A DNA stretch of 58,621 nucleotides from Candidatus Krumholzibacteriota bacterium (GTDB lineage: Bacteria > Krumholzibacteriota > Krumholzibacteriia > LZORAL124-64-63), in assembly GCA_039714075.1 (NCBI GenBank), contig JBDLKA010000010.1, positions 1 through 58,621 on the forward strand. The letters are read 5' to 3'. Shown here in pieces: positions 38,279-49,048 of this stretch. Below the pieces are notes generated by a model. The model worked only from the letters and a program-made list of their open reading frames with translations, was not told the DNA's origin and ran no database searches. The position numbers and the translations under genes were made by a program. The stretch's first letter is position 1. Each line of letters opens with the position of its first letter.

Positions 38279-39271
38279 TCATTCCGGGCTCCCGGCGGAC
38301 CCTTGGTTGAAATCATGGAAGGCCGCCTGACGGGCCGCATTCTGCATGCGGTCGTGTTCCGCCGTGGACAGATCCGCGAATTCCGCGGCCCGCCGGTATT
38401 CGCCTTCCAGGTCCAGGCCGAACATGGCCCGGTCGTCGGTGTTCAGGCAGCACGGCACGCCCGCGTCCAGGATTTCCCGCAGGGGATGATCGCTCCAGGC
38501 GGAAATCCCGCCCGTCTGGACGTTGGAGCCGGGGCACATTTCCACGAACACGTCCCGCGCAGCCAAAGTGGCCAGGATCAGGGGATCCTGAACCGCCGCC
38601 AGGCCGTGCCCGATACGGTCGGCGCCGCATTCGTCGATCGCCTGCCGGATCGAATCGACCGCGGCGGCGCCCATGGCCGGCATTTCCCCCGCGTGGATGG
38701 TGACCCCGAAGCCTTCGGCCTTCACCTCGGCGAAAATATCCGCGAAATCGGCGGCCGGGCCGTCCGCCTCGTCTCCTCCGAGACCGAAGCCCACCACTCC
38801 CAGGCCGCGGCCCGCCCGGGTGGCGGCTTCCCAGGCCCGCCATCCCCAGTCGATATCCCACTGGCGCACGGCGTCCGGTATCCAGCGCATTTCCACACCG
38901 TTGGTTTCGCGCACCTCGGCGGCGGCCTCGGCCAGGGCCGACTGCACCGTCACCGGATCGATATTCCGTTTCAAAAGGACCCCGTAGGAGAGGGAGATCT
39001 CGGCATAGGCCACCCCGTCGGCCTTGAGCCTGCCGCCGAGATCCCGGGCCACGGCGTGGAAATCGCCCGGGGTGCGCAGCAGGGAGGTGACGTGTTTGAA
39101 GGCGTCCAGAAAACCGTGGAATCCCTCGAAGCGGTAGGACGATCCGTCCTCGTTCAGGACGGCCGCGGGCAGGCCCGGCTGCCCGTATTTATCAGCAAGA
39201 AGGATCAGTCGCGCGGGCGTGACTGATCCTTCCAGATGGGTATGAAGTTCGACCCGGCCGGCCGGGGTCAT
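38279..39271 (-). CDS. add: Adenosine deaminase family
   Basis: ELHTHLEGS, GLGGDE, IHAGE, RIGHG, CPGSN, LNTDD. Confidence 0.9.
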   Translation of the reverse strand: MTPAGRVELHTHLEGSVTPARLILLADKYGQPGLPAAVLNEDGSSYRFEGFHGFLDAFKHVTSLLRTPGDFHAVARDLGGRLKADGVAYAEISLSYGVLLKRNIDPVTVQSALAEAAAEVRETNGVEMRWIPDAVRQWDIDWGWRAWEAATRAGRGLGVVGFGLGGDEADGPAADFADIFAEVKAEGFGVTIHAGEMPAMGAAAVDSIRQAIDECGADRIGHGLAAVQDPLILATLAARDVFVEMCPGSNVQTGGISAWSDHPLREILDAGVPCCLNTDDRAMFGLDLEGEYRRAAEFADLSTAEHDRMQNAARQAAFHDFNQGSAGSPE

Positions 39272-41379
39272 TTCGCCAGGACCACCCTCTGGTTCAAGGC
39301 CTTCTGACCATTTTCCAGACGGATGAGATACAAACCGGACGCGGCGGACGCGCCTTGGGCCGTCCGGCCGTTCCAGGTCACGTTCTGCCAGTCGCCCGTG
39401 CCCGCGCCGTTGTACAACTCGTGCACCAGCCGGCCGCGCAGGTCCATGATCCTGACGGTGACGTTTTCCACCGGCGCGGCGCGGAAACGGATCGTCACCG
39501 CGGGATTGGCCGGATTGGGCCAGGCCGGAGCCAGGGCCAGCAGGGAACCGAAATTCAGGTGGGCAGACAGTTCACCCGGACCTGACAGGGCGTCCAGGGC
39601 GAAAGAGAAACCATCGTTCGTGACCGCCTGCAGCGAATAGCTGAGGCTGGCCGCTTTGGCGTCGGTTGCGTCGGAAAGCTGATCGAGAAAGAGGAAGCCG
39701 TCACCCGAGACGGTCAAAACACCCGGGACCTCTTCCTGACCGGTCCGCGGCGCTCCGGTCCAGATGGCCGCTTCATCGATGACCGCGCCCTTGCTGTCGC
39801 GGATCTGGCGGAACAGCTCCACCTCTTCGAACTCCACAGCAGGCAGGGCGAAGGCGAAGGACAGCCGGACGAGGTCATCGCCGGCGGAGGCGGTCCAGGC
39901 GGCGGACCAGTGCGAGAAGAAGGCCGGGACCACGACGTTGCTGGAATCCTGCAGGTGGAGGAAACCTGTCACCTCGTTGTTCAACTTGTTGCCGTCGGGA
40001 GCCCCGACGACCAGATCCCAGGCACCGTCCCCGTCGAAATCGCCTCCTGAAGCCACGGCCCAGGCATAGTGGTCATCGGCCTCGGCGCCCACCTTCATGG
40101 GCACATTGCCCTTGATGTCCAGGTTGGCGGCGTTGGTTTCGACGCTGGCGCCTTCCAGCACGTAGGCCTTGCCGCAGTCGGAAGCGGGTTGGTCGTGAAA
40201 GGGCGCCCCGATCAGAACATCTGCGGAGCCGCTTTCGGTAAAGTCCCGGAGCCGGGCCAGTGAATACCCGAAGTTGTCACCGGCGATTTCGCCCAGGACA
40301 AAATGATCACCCGAAGCCGTGGGGCTGAAACTGTCACCGTAGACGATCTCCACCCGGCCCGCGGCCGCGCCGCCGTCGTTGTTGAAGGGACCGCCGATGG
40401 CCAGGTCGGTCAGATTGCTGCCGCCCCAGTCGTCCACGCCGCGAACCGCAAAACCGTACTGGGTGAAGGGGGCCGTGCCGCCGCTGCCGATTTCATGATC
40501 GGGCGTACTGTTCGGGCTGGCGCCGCCTTCGTAGACGTAGACCGCCCCGGCATCGGTGCCCCCGTGGGTGTCGTTCAGCGGAGCGCCAACGGCGACACAA
40601 TCGTCCGCGCCCAGGAAATTGCCGGCATCGGTCACGGACCAGCCGAAGGCGTTGTTGGCGAGTTCACCCGTCAGGGTGAGGGCGGCGCCCAGGTCGTTGC
40701 TGACACCACCGGCCGCGCCGAAGATGACATAGGCATTGCCCGGACGGCCGGGCAGGCCGGCGTCGAGAGCCGGAGCGCCGACGATGAAATCATCAACACC
40801 GTCACTGTTGAAATCGCCCGCCGCGGAAAGGGAAAATCCGAAATTATCTCCACCAAGTTCCCCGATGATTTCCACCGGGGTGATGGACGCGGGATCGGGG
40901 TCGCCGTAAAAGACATAGACCTTGCCCTTTTTGGCGCCCGTGTCGTCGGAGTCGGGCGCACCGACCGCCCAGTCGGGCAGGCCGTCGGCATTGACGTCGC
41001 CGATCCGGGCCACCGCGAACCCGAATTTTTCCTGGTTCACGCCTTCCCACTGGAAATCCGGAGCGAGCGCCAGCTCGGAATCGCCCCACCACATGAACAC
41101 GGCCCCGTGGTCGCCCCCGTTGGGCGCGCCGGGCGCACCGACCAGGAACTCCCAGTGCCCGTCACTGTTCAGATCCTCCAACTCGGACAGGGCCGCCCCG
41201 AAAAGAGTTCCGCCGGAGCCGGTCTCGTCCGTCAGATGCACCGCCCCCCAGGCGGGGAGAACCGGGATCAGCAGGGCGCTAAAAAGAAGCATGGGAAAGA
41301 ACACGGCACGCCTGTTGCTAGCTTGGATCAATAACTTGGAAAACAACGCAGAACCTCCAAATCGGTACAGGATGCCCAT
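39268..41379 (-). CDS. Secreted FG-GAP (integrin-alpha-like) seven-blade propeller protein with FlgD/T9SS-like C-terminal domain
   Basis: Seven FG..GAP repeats, several with DxNxDG loops; C-terminal WPNPANP...IMDLRGRLV...WNGR...SGLYLIRL; start may be 41292. Confidence 0.85.
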   Translation of the reverse strand: MGILYRFGGSALFSKLLIQASNRRAVFFPMLLFSALLIPVLPAWGAVHLTDETGSGGTLFGAALSELEDLNSDGHWEFLVGAPGAPNGGDHGAVFMWWGDSELALAPDFQWEGVNQEKFGFAVARIGDVNADGLPDWAVGAPDSDDTGAKKGKVYVFYGDPDPASITPVEIIGELGGDNFGFSLSAAGDFNSDGVDDFIVGAPALDAGLPGRPGNAYVIFGAAGGVSNDLGAALTLTGELANNAFGWSVTDAGNFLGADDCVAVGAPLNDTHGGTDAGAVYVYEGGASPNSTPDHEIGSGGTAPFTQYGFAVRGVDDWGGSNLTDLAIGGPFNNDGGAAAGRVEIVYGDSFSPTASGDHFVLGEIAGDNFGYSLARLRDFTESGSADVLIGAPFHDQPASDCGKAYVLEGASVETNAANLDIKGNVPMKVGAEADDHYAWAVASGGDFDGDGAWDLVVGAPDGNKLNNEVTGFLHLQDSSNVVVPAFFSHWSAAWTASAGDDLVRLSFAFALPAVEFEEVELFRQIRDSKGAVIDEAAIWTGAPRTGQEEVPGVLTVSGDGFLFLDQLSDATDAKAASLSYSLQAVTNDGFSFALDALSGPGELSAHLNFGSLLALAPAWPNPANPAVTIRFRAAPVENVTVRIMDLRGRLVHELYNGAGTGDWQNVTWNGRTAQGASAASGLYLIRLENGQKALNQRVVLAK

Positions 41380-41532
41380 GAAACCGGACGACAGATCAAA
41401 AAATCCCTGTTCCGGAAGGGCTTTCTGCAATGGTTACGTTAATGATAGCACGGAACGACCCTTGTTTAACAGACTCAAGACCTTTTTCTGGACAAGAAAA
41501 CCCTTGCTTGAAGCGGGGTATCTGGTGCAGTT

Positions 41533-43086
41533 TTGGCCCGTTGGACCCCATCACCACCCGGTGATTTTCCTGGAGGACGGATCCTGATTCCCGCAGAACA
41601 TAGCAATAAACTCACCAGATTCGCGGCGCCCGCGCTGGCCGTCGCGGGTTTCGGCCTGCTGCTCGGCGGAGCTGTCTGGTTGACATCCATGGACCGCTCC
41701 GACGCTCACGAATACGGCATGGGCGGGCCGGAAGAGCCGCCTCTGGCCGATACCCGGACCACCGCGGGACTGCCCGCCGCAGGCCATCTGGATCTGGACC
41801 GGGACTGGTCCTTCGGTTCCACCGGCGGGGCCTTCGTGTTCAGGGCACCCGGCGCCGGCCTTTCCACCGGCGAACTGGGCCCCGTGTTCCGGCCCAAATT
41901 CGGCCCCATGGAAATGCGGATCGGGCGCGGCATGACCTTCTACGAATCCCTGGCCGGCCGGGGCGTGGCCCACGAAGACATCATGACCCTGGTCAAGGCC
42001 TGCAAGTCGTTTCGCAATCTCCGCAACGTCCGCGCCGGCGAGCTTTTCCGGATCGATATCACCGACGACGGCGGACTGCGCTCGCTGGGGTTCGACCTGG
42101 ACGAGGAAAGCCATGTGACCTGGACGCGCCAAGGGGACACCTATGCCCGCGAGGACGGCACCTATCCGGTGGCGCACCGTCTCAAGGGCGTCAGCGGAAC
42201 CATCGAGGTTTCCCTGTACCACAGCCTGCAGAAAACCGGCGCGCCGTTGACCCTGGCGCCCAAGATGAACGACATCCTAGGCTGGGACATCGATTTCAAC
42301 CGCGACCTGCGCAAGGGCGACACCTTCCGCATCGTGTTCGACGAGGTATGGAAGGAAGACAAACTGGTCCGCACAGGATCGATCAAGGCGCTGGAAATAA
42401 TCAATCGCGGCAAAGTGAAGCAGGCTTTCCGCTTTACGGCGGAGGGTGGACGTCCGGGTTATTTCGATACCGACGGCAACAACATGCAGAAGCAGTTGAT
42501 GCGGGCGCCCCTGGATTATTCCCGGATCAGCAGCGGCTATTCCCACCGCCGCCTGCACCCGGTCCTGAAACGATGGATGCCCCATCTGGGCGTCGATTAC
42601 GCGGCTCCCCTGGGCACTCCGGTGCGGGCCGGCGGGGACGGCGTCGTGGTGACCGCCACCTCCAAGAAGGGCAACGGCCGCTACATCCAGATCCGCCATA
42701 CCAACCGTGAATATGAAACCTTCTACCTGCACCTGTCCCGCTACGCCAAGGGCATCAAGAGCGGCAAACGGGTGACGCAGGGCCAGATCATCGGTTACGT
42801 GGGCGCCACCGGTTACGCCACCGGGCCCCACCTGGACTACCGGGTCAAGCGCAACGGGACGTTCGTCAATCCCCGCAAACTGAAACTGCCCGCGGCCGCA
42901 CCGGTGGCCAAGGACCTGCGCCCGCACTTCGACAGCCTGAAGGAAATGTTCATCGCGGCCCTGGAAGATCTTCCCGCGGGCGAACCCGTACCCGTGGCGC
43001 CGATCGTGGTCCTGGAACCCCCGGCCTGGGACGCGCAGGTTTTCGCGGCGGCCGAACTTCCGGCAACGGTCAGGGCTGTGTACTAG
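41533..43086 (+). CDS. M23 family peptidoglycan DD-endopeptidase (MepM/Csd-like)
   Basis: RISSGY..RLHPV, HLGVDYAAP.GTPV, YLHLS, TGPHLDY; start uncertain. Confidence 0.9.
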   Translation: MARWTPSPPGDFPGGRILIPAEHSNKLTRFAAPALAVAGFGLLLGGAVWLTSMDRSDAHEYGMGGPEEPPLADTRTTAGLPAAGHLDLDRDWSFGSTGGAFVFRAPGAGLSTGELGPVFRPKFGPMEMRIGRGMTFYESLAGRGVAHEDIMTLVKACKSFRNLRNVRAGELFRIDITDDGGLRSLGFDLDEESHVTWTRQGDTYAREDGTYPVAHRLKGVSGTIEVSLYHSLQKTGAPLTLAPKMNDILGWDIDFNRDLRKGDTFRIVFDEVWKEDKLVRTGSIKALEIINRGKVKQAFRFTAEGGRPGYFDTDGNNMQKQLMRAPLDYSRISSGYSHRRLHPVLKRWMPHLGVDYAAPLGTPVRAGGDGVVVTATSKKGNGRYIQIRHTNREYETFYLHLSRYAKGIKSGKRVTQGQIIGYVGATGYATGPHLDYRVKRNGTFVNPRKLKLPAAAPVAKDLRPHFDSLKEMFIAALEDLPAGEPVPVAPIVVLEPPAWDAQVFAAAELPATVRAVY

Positions 43087-43089
43087 GAA

Positions 43090-44685
43090 TTACCGGGACG
43101 ACGAGTCCGGTACCAGATGGGACATGGCGCGGGCCGTCACGATGAAATGGGCCGGGACCTGCAGCAACTTGCCGTCGCTGTGAAACCACAACCCCACCGG
43201 AGGAGAATCGTCTTCGGCACGGACCAGGGGCGGTGAATCTGCGGGCAGGCGGTCTTCGTCCAGATATCCGATTTCGATGATTTCCGACCTGATATTTTCC
43301 CCCGTTCCGGTCTCGTTTCCGAACGAGATCGAAATCTTCACCCTTTCGCGGTCGGTCAGAATCGAGGCGTCACTGGTCGGAGACAGGACGGCCAGGACCT
43401 CCAGCCGGTCTAGGTTGACCACCAGGTCCTGAATCAGGCCGTGGCGGTGTTTTTCCTTCAATCCCTCGATACCGGCCTCGGGAAATTCCGTCAGCCAGGC
43501 CAGGCGGCCTTCAGGCGTCAAGGCCGTTCCGGTGCGGGTGCCGTGCAGGAGCAGGCGACCTTCCCGCTCCAGGGTGATCACATCGGATTTCAGGGCCTGG
43601 AAAGTCAAACCCGTGCGGTGGGCCAGGATCCCGAGGGGCTGTTCCAGAACGAACAAGGCCTCTTCGCTGGTCGTCAACACGTTGCCGCGACGCAATACGG
43701 GCACAGCCTCGCGGGTGAGCGCCGGCCCGAAGGCGATGACCATCCTGTCGGGTGAATCGGCGGCGGGGTCGGGGTTGAGACCCTGGCCCATGAGGGTTAC
43801 CCGCCTCCAGGGAGGATCCAAATTCCAGGTTTCTATCAGGGCGGCGCTCTCGGTGGGGGACTTGATCTCCCCCACGACGATGTCGCTGACCTCGTAGATC
43901 ATCTTTTCCACCGCGGCGCTGGAAGCCAGGATCCAGGTCCCCTCGCCGTCAGCTTCCCGGCGGTCACCGTACATGGCCTGGTAATCACGGACCTCGGGGC
44001 CCAGATAGGCCGGCCCTTCGGCGGGCATCAGCATCCACCAGCGTCCGTTGCGGCGTTTGACCTGAAAATCCCGGTCTCCGCGGCGGATCTCGATTTCCGC
44101 GACCTTGTCCCTGGTCACTCCCGGCAGAAGCTTTTTGGCCTGAATGGCACCTGGCAGGTCGCCCAGGGCCTTGCGCAAAATCGCCGGGACCATGAAACAG
44201 GCATCGCGTCCGGCCCCGGAGCCGTAGAAGTTTCCCCCGACGGGATTGCCCGCCCCGATCGCCAGGGAAACGGGATCACCCCCGGTCACGAACACGGTCA
44301 GCCTGATCGCCGCGGGCCCGTTGAATTCGTAGCGGCGGTCTTCCACCTCGGTGCCGGGCAACAGCGGTCCGCCGTGGGCCCCAGCCAGGGTATCGAGCAG
44401 TTTGAGGACCGCCAGGGTATCGACGTAATCGGTGACCGCGCCGCTCAGGCTCCAGGTCCTGCCGTCCACCAGGTCCAGACGGATCTGCGAACCACCGCTG
44501 GTCAGCAGCAACCCTTCAATGTCACCCGGTTCGACGGGAAACAGGCGGCCGCCCAGGGTGAAATCCTCGGCGGAATCCCTGTGGCTGTTCAGGAACAGGG
44601 CGCCGCCGGCGATCAGCAGCAGGGCCGTCAGGATCAGAACGGACCGGGGCGCGCCCCCATAGCGGTTCAAGCCCAGATGAATCAA
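43090..44685 (-). CDS. DUF4340-domain protein
   Basis: N-terminal TM anchor, repeated domain pattern, usual position after gldG-like genes. Confidence 0.6.
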   Translation of the reverse strand: MIHLGLNRYGGAPRSVLILTALLLIAGGALFLNSHRDSAEDFTLGGRLFPVEPGDIEGLLLTSGGSQIRLDLVDGRTWSLSGAVTDYVDTLAVLKLLDTLAGAHGGPLLPGTEVEDRRYEFNGPAAIRLTVFVTGGDPVSLAIGAGNPVGGNFYGSGAGRDACFMVPAILRKALGDLPGAIQAKKLLPGVTRDKVAEIEIRRGDRDFQVKRRNGRWWMLMPAEGPAYLGPEVRDYQAMYGDRREADGEGTWILASSAAVEKMIYEVSDIVVGEIKSPTESAALIETWNLDPPWRRVTLMGQGLNPDPAADSPDRMVIAFGPALTREAVPVLRRGNVLTTSEEALFVLEQPLGILAHRTGLTFQALKSDVITLEREGRLLLHGTRTGTALTPEGRLAWLTEFPEAGIEGLKEKHRHGLIQDLVVNLDRLEVLAVLSPTSDASILTDRERVKISISFGNETGTGENIRSEIIEIGYLDEDRLPADSPPLVRAEDDSPPVGLWFHSDGKLLQVPAHFIVTARAMSHLVPDSSSR

Positions 44686-46874
44686 ACGGCACCGCCCTTC
44701 TCACGCCGCCCCATCAACATGAATCCCAGGGCGATGCTGCCGACGAACAGGGGCCAGCCCAGGACCGAGCCCCAGCCCAGGATGTTTTTGCTGTCTTCCG
44801 AGAGGATGACCGGTTGGCTCAGGGGGTCCTTGCCCCGGATCTGGATCAGGCCCTCTTCCCGGGCCAGCCAGCCGATGGCGTTCAGCACCAGGTCGCGGTT
44901 CCCGGCGAGATTGACGTTGGCGTTGCTCAGGAACTCCGAGTTGCCCACGACCATCATCCGGCCGGGAGGGGTTCCGGGCTCGCCCAGCTGGATTTCCAGA
45001 ACCATGCCGAAGGGCAGCGGTCCCTTGGGGTCGACTTCCCGGTTGAAACTGGGCCGGCCGAAAAACCGCGTATCCGGATCCGACTCACCCCAGGTCTGAT
45101 CACTGCTCACCAGGATGATGGCCCCGGCGGTCACGCTGTCGGGCTCGCCCACCATGGCCAGGGTCTGGACCAGGGGATAGATCGTCGGCATGCCCTTCAG
45201 GGAACTGACCACCTCGTGGTCGCCGTAACCTTCATCGATAACCATGGTGCGGGCGCTGATGCCCCGGTCGGCGCCCACGCGGTCCACCGCGATCAGCACG
45301 TCTCCGGTCAACCCCACCCGCCACTTGGCCATCCAATCGACCCAGCCCGAGGGCGTGGGCGGATCGAACATGGCCAGCACCGCTCCCCCCCTGGCCATGT
45401 GTTTTTCGATCTCCACCAGCGTTGACGGTTCCGGCTGCAGTTTGGGCCCGGCGATCACCAGAACGTCGCACGAATCCGGCACCTTGCGGGTTTCCGACAT
45501 GTGGAAGGCCCGGACATCGTAACCCTGGTCCCTCAGCAGCAGCTCATAGGACGAATAGCCCGGCCGGTCGTCGCTGTTGATAAGATGCTCCCCGTGACCC
45601 ATCAGATGGAAGACGCGGGCCAGCTTTCCGGTGGAAAGGCGGTAAACCGCACTGGCCAGGGCGCTTTCCTCCGGTTGCAGCAGGGACGTATAGCGGTCCC
45701 CCACCTTGACCACGACCGTCCTGGAGGCCTTGATCTGATAGCGGCGCAGCAGCTCGAGTTCGGTGTCCGGATCCAGGATCCTGAACTTGAACCGGTTCGA
45801 CCGCTGCGTACATGCCTTCAGCAGGGTCTCGGTGATTTCGCGGGCGGGATCCAGGCGCTGATAGAAGGCCAGCACTTCGACCTTGTCCAGGTCGCCGAAA
45901 GGCCCTTCCACCGGATCGGCCCCTTCCTTGAGCTCGGCGAGGTTCCCGGGCAGGTCGTCCAGCACCTGCAGGGTCTGGGGAGCCAGGCTGTAACGCTTGT
46001 TGCCGGTCAGGTCCCAGGTCCCGACCCAGGTCTGGCCCAGAATGTAGACGACGACCGACAGGGCCAGCACCAGCAGGGTGGGCGCCCACAGGACGAGTCG
46101 GCGCCGGGCGGGCAGCCGGCGGCCGGCCACCACCGCGGTAGTCGCGAACAGGGGCACGAGGGTCATCAGGACGAAATACAGAACGTCCCGGGTGTCGGCC
46201 ACGCCCCGGCTGAACCGCTCGAAATGGAAGAGCAGGGAAAGTTCATGGGTGACGGTCCCCAGCAAACCGGGCAGGTACCTTTCCAGGGCGCCGACGATGA
46301 ACAGGAACATGGACCAGATGAAGGCCAGGAAATAGGCGACCATCTGATGCCGGAACAGACTGGAGGCCAACGCGCCCCAGGCCGCCAGACAGCCCACGAA
46401 AAGGAGTTCCCCGGTCACCGCGACCAGGGCCGGTCCGATTTCGGGCGATCCCAGGAACCAGACCACCCCGAAATAGGCGGATCCGGCCAGGATCATCACA
46501 CCGGCGGTCAACCAGGCCGACATCCATTTTCCCAGCACCCAGACATGGTCCGACACCGGCCAACTGGCGATCAGCACGTAGCGGCCCGAACCGAATTCGG
46601 GCGCGAACAACCGCATGGTGAGCGCGGGCATCAAGAACAGCAGGAAGAAGATGGTATTGCTGACCATGGGCCGGAACAGCCCTTCGGCCAGGTTCATGTA
46701 GTTGCCGCTGCGGGCGCTCTGCAGGGCTGTCTGGGACATGTCGCTGTAGCCCAGAAGGAAGATGGTAAAGAAGAGCCCCACAGCCACCAGGAAACCCGAC
46801 AGCACCATCGGCGCCATGGCGCTTTTGAAAAAAGCTCCCGTTTCCCGGCCCACGATTGCCCACAACTGCCTCAT
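44682..46874 (-). CDS. GldF-GldG fusion ABC-2 permease/auxiliary protein
   Basis: PALTMRLF, VLGKW, HFERFSRG..DTRDVLYF, WDLTGNKRYSL, GHGE, LVIAGP, GNRDLVLNAIGWL. Confidence 0.85.
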   Translation of the reverse strand: MRQLWAIVGRETGAFFKSAMAPMVLSGFLVAVGLFFTIFLLGYSDMSQTALQSARSGNYMNLAEGLFRPMVSNTIFFLLFLMPALTMRLFAPEFGSGRYVLIASWPVSDHVWVLGKWMSAWLTAGVMILAGSAYFGVVWFLGSPEIGPALVAVTGELLFVGCLAAWGALASSLFRHQMVAYFLAFIWSMFLFIVGALERYLPGLLGTVTHELSLLFHFERFSRGVADTRDVLYFVLMTLVPLFATTAVVAGRRLPARRRLVLWAPTLLVLALSVVVYILGQTWVGTWDLTGNKRYSLAPQTLQVLDDLPGNLAELKEGADPVEGPFGDLDKVEVLAFYQRLDPAREITETLLKACTQRSNRFKFRILDPDTELELLRRYQIKASRTVVVKVGDRYTSLLQPEESALASAVYRLSTGKLARVFHLMGHGEHLINSDDRPGYSSYELLLRDQGYDVRAFHMSETRKVPDSCDVLVIAGPKLQPEPSTLVEIEKHMARGGAVLAMFDPPTPSGWVDWMAKWRVGLTGDVLIAVDRVGADRGISARTMVIDEGYGDHEVVSSLKGMPTIYPLVQTLAMVGEPDSVTAGAIILVSSDQTWGESDPDTRFFGRPSFNREVDPKGPLPFGMVLEIQLGEPGTPPGRMMVVGNSEFLSNANVNLAGNRDLVLNAIGWLAREEGLIQIRGKDPLSQPVILSEDSKNILGWGSVLGWPLFVGSIALGFMLMGRREKGGAV

Positions 46875-47845
46875 GCATCCCTCCCGGGGAGGTCCTGGGA
46901 CCCCTGGTCCGCGTCCACGCCGGTCAAGCGCAGGAAAAGGTCCTCCAGGCTGGGCCCCTTGTCCTGGATGTTCTGTAACTGGCCGCCGGCCTGCAGCACC
47001 GATTCCACCAGCTTGGGGCGGACTTCCACCGGATTGCCGGCGATGATCACCTCGGCACCGTCGTTGGTGACGACCACTTCGTCGACGCCGGCCACCTTGG
47101 CCAAGGCTGCGGCCACGGCCTCGCGGTCGCCGTCCCAGGACAAAACGACGGTGCTGGTGCCCCCGCCCACGGTGGCCGGATCGGCCTGGGCCAGGCCCAC
47201 GGCGCTTTCCTCACCGACGAGCTTGCCCTTGTCCAGGATCAGCACCCGCTCGCAGATGGCGCTGACCTCGGACAGGATGTGGCTGCTGAGCAGGACCGTG
47301 CGCTCGCCGCGAAAGCCCTTGATGAGATGCCGGATTTCCACGATCTGGTGGGGGTCCAGTCCGCTGGTGGGTTCGTCGAGGATCAGGACCGCGGGATCCG
47401 AAACCAGGGCCTGTGCCAGACCGACCCGTTTGCGGAAACCGTGTGACAGGTTGCCGACCATCTTGTGGCGGACCTCCCCCAGACCGGTCTGGGCGATGAG
47501 CCCGTCCACATGGGAGGACACCCGGTTGCGGGCCACACCCTTCAGCTCGGCGACGAAACGCAGGAAATCCAGGACGGACTGGTCATTGTAGAGCGCCACG
47601 TGCTCGGGCATGAACCCGATGTGTTGCCGCACGGAAATGGGATCGTCCAGGATGTCGAAACCGGCCACCGAAGCGGAACCCGAGGTGGGCGCCAGCGAGC
47701 AGGTGAGGATTTTCATGGTCGTCGACTTGCCGGCGCCGTTGGGGCCGAGAAACCCCACGACCTCGCCCTGGTCGACCTTGAAGGAAAGATCGACGAGCGC
47801 CCGGGTCGAACCGAAGCGGCGGGACAGTTCCTTGACTTCGATCAT
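46871..47845 (-). CDS. GldA-like ABC transporter ATP-binding protein
   Basis: GPNGAGKST, LSHGFRKRVGLAQAL, LDEPTSGLDP, SSHIL. Confidence 0.93.
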   Translation of the reverse strand: MIEVKELSRRFGSTRALVDLSFKVDQGEVVGFLGPNGAGKSTTMKILTCSLAPTSGSASVAGFDILDDPISVRQHIGFMPEHVALYNDQSVLDFLRFVAELKGVARNRVSSHVDGLIAQTGLGEVRHKMVGNLSHGFRKRVGLAQALVSDPAVLILDEPTSGLDPHQIVEIRHLIKGFRGERTVLLSSHILSEVSAICERVLILDKGKLVGEESAVGLAQADPATVGGGTSTVVLSWDGDREAVAAALAKVAGVDEVVVTNDGAEVIIAGNPVEVRPKLVESVLQAGGQLQNIQDKGPSLEDLFLRLTGVDADQGSQDLPGRDA

Positions 47846-47857
47846 ACGGTCAATTCC

Positions 47858-48865
47858 CTAGGTTGCGGTCCAGCGCATGAGCGTCGAACCCCAGGTGAAC
47901 CCCGCGCCGAAAGCGCACAGGACGACGAGATCGCCTTCCTTCAAACGGCCCTCGTCCAGGGCCACGCGCAGGGCCGACGGAATGCTGGCCGAGGTCGTGT
48001 TGCCGAAACGATCGATGGTGATGGCGACTTGCCGGTCTTCCAGGCCGACCCGGCGCTGGGCGGCTTCAATGATGCGGATATTGGCCTGGTGCGGCACGAA
48101 AAGATCGACGTCCGCGCCCGTGAAACCGTTCTTCTCCACGATTTCCGCGGTGATCCCGGCCATGCCCTTGACCGCGTATTTGTAGACGTCGCGGCCTTCC
48201 TGGTAGATGTAGTGTTGCCGCCCGGCCACGGTCTCGGCGCTGGAGGGATTCCGGCTGCCGCCGGCGATCATGTGCAGATGCTTGACGCCGCTGCCGTCGA
48301 GGCGGTTCAGCGCGTCGATGATGCCGATGCGGGATTCGTCGATCCGCGAGACCACCACGGCGCCGGCCCCGTCGCCGAACAGGATGCAGGTGTTGCGGTC
48401 TTCGTAATCCGTGATGGCCGACATGATCTCGGTCCCGACGACCAGCACCTGCCGCGCATGGCCGGCCTCGATCTGCGCGCGCGCGTTCTGCAGCGCGAAG
48501 ATGAAACCGCTGCAGGCACCCTCGAGGTCGAATCCCCAAGCGTTCTTGGCGCCGATGATTTCCTGGATGATGCCGGCGGTGGGCGGGAAGACCATATCCG
48601 GCGTCACCGTCGGCACGATGATCATGTCCACGTCCATGGGCGTGATTCCCGCATGCTCGAGGGCCTGCTCGGCCGCCTTGGCCCCGTGGACCGAGGCCCC
48701 GGTCCCCTTCTCGACGATCCGCCGCTCCTTGATGCCCGTCCGCTCGACGATCCACTCGTCGTTGGTGTCGACCATCTTTTCGAGATCGGCATTGGTCAGA
48801 CGTTTTTCGGGGAAACTCATTCCGACGCCGGTGATGCCGGCTGTGTAAAGCGTCCTTGCAGCCAT
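47858..48865 (-). CDS. fabH: 3-oxoacyl-ACP synthase III
   Basis: DTNDEWIVERTGI, GACSGF, LFGDGAGA, PHQANIRII, GNTTSAS, FGAGFTWG. Confidence 0.96.
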   Translation of the reverse strand: MAARTLYTAGITGVGMSFPEKRLTNADLEKMVDTNDEWIVERTGIKERRIVEKGTGASVHGAKAAEQALEHAGITPMDVDMIIVPTVTPDMVFPPTAGIIQEIIGAKNAWGFDLEGACSGFIFALQNARAQIEAGHARQVLVVGTEIMSAITDYEDRNTCILFGDGAGAVVVSRIDESRIGIIDALNRLDGSGVKHLHMIAGGSRNPSSAETVAGRQHYIYQEGRDVYKYAVKGMAGITAEIVEKNGFTGADVDLFVPHQANIRIIEAAQRRVGLEDRQVAITIDRFGNTTSASIPSALRVALDEGRLKEGDLVVLCAFGAGFTWGSTLMRWTAT

Positions 48866-49048
48866 AAGGCGGTCTCCATGGGGATGTCGGGGATGGACCC
48901 GTTCAACCGGCCGACGCGGTCGTCACGGCCTGCGGCCCAGGCGGGATCCGGTATTTGAAAACGGCCCCCCCGCTGCGGAGGAACGGTTTCAGACGATTCT
49001 GACTCCGGTGAAGTTAGATGAAATCCCCCGGGGGATCAAGGAAGGATG

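Noticed and set aside
44682..47845. Evidence of gliding motility
   Set aside because: GldA/F/G-like ABC systems are widespread in non-gliding bacteria, and no gldK-N or sprB is in the window.
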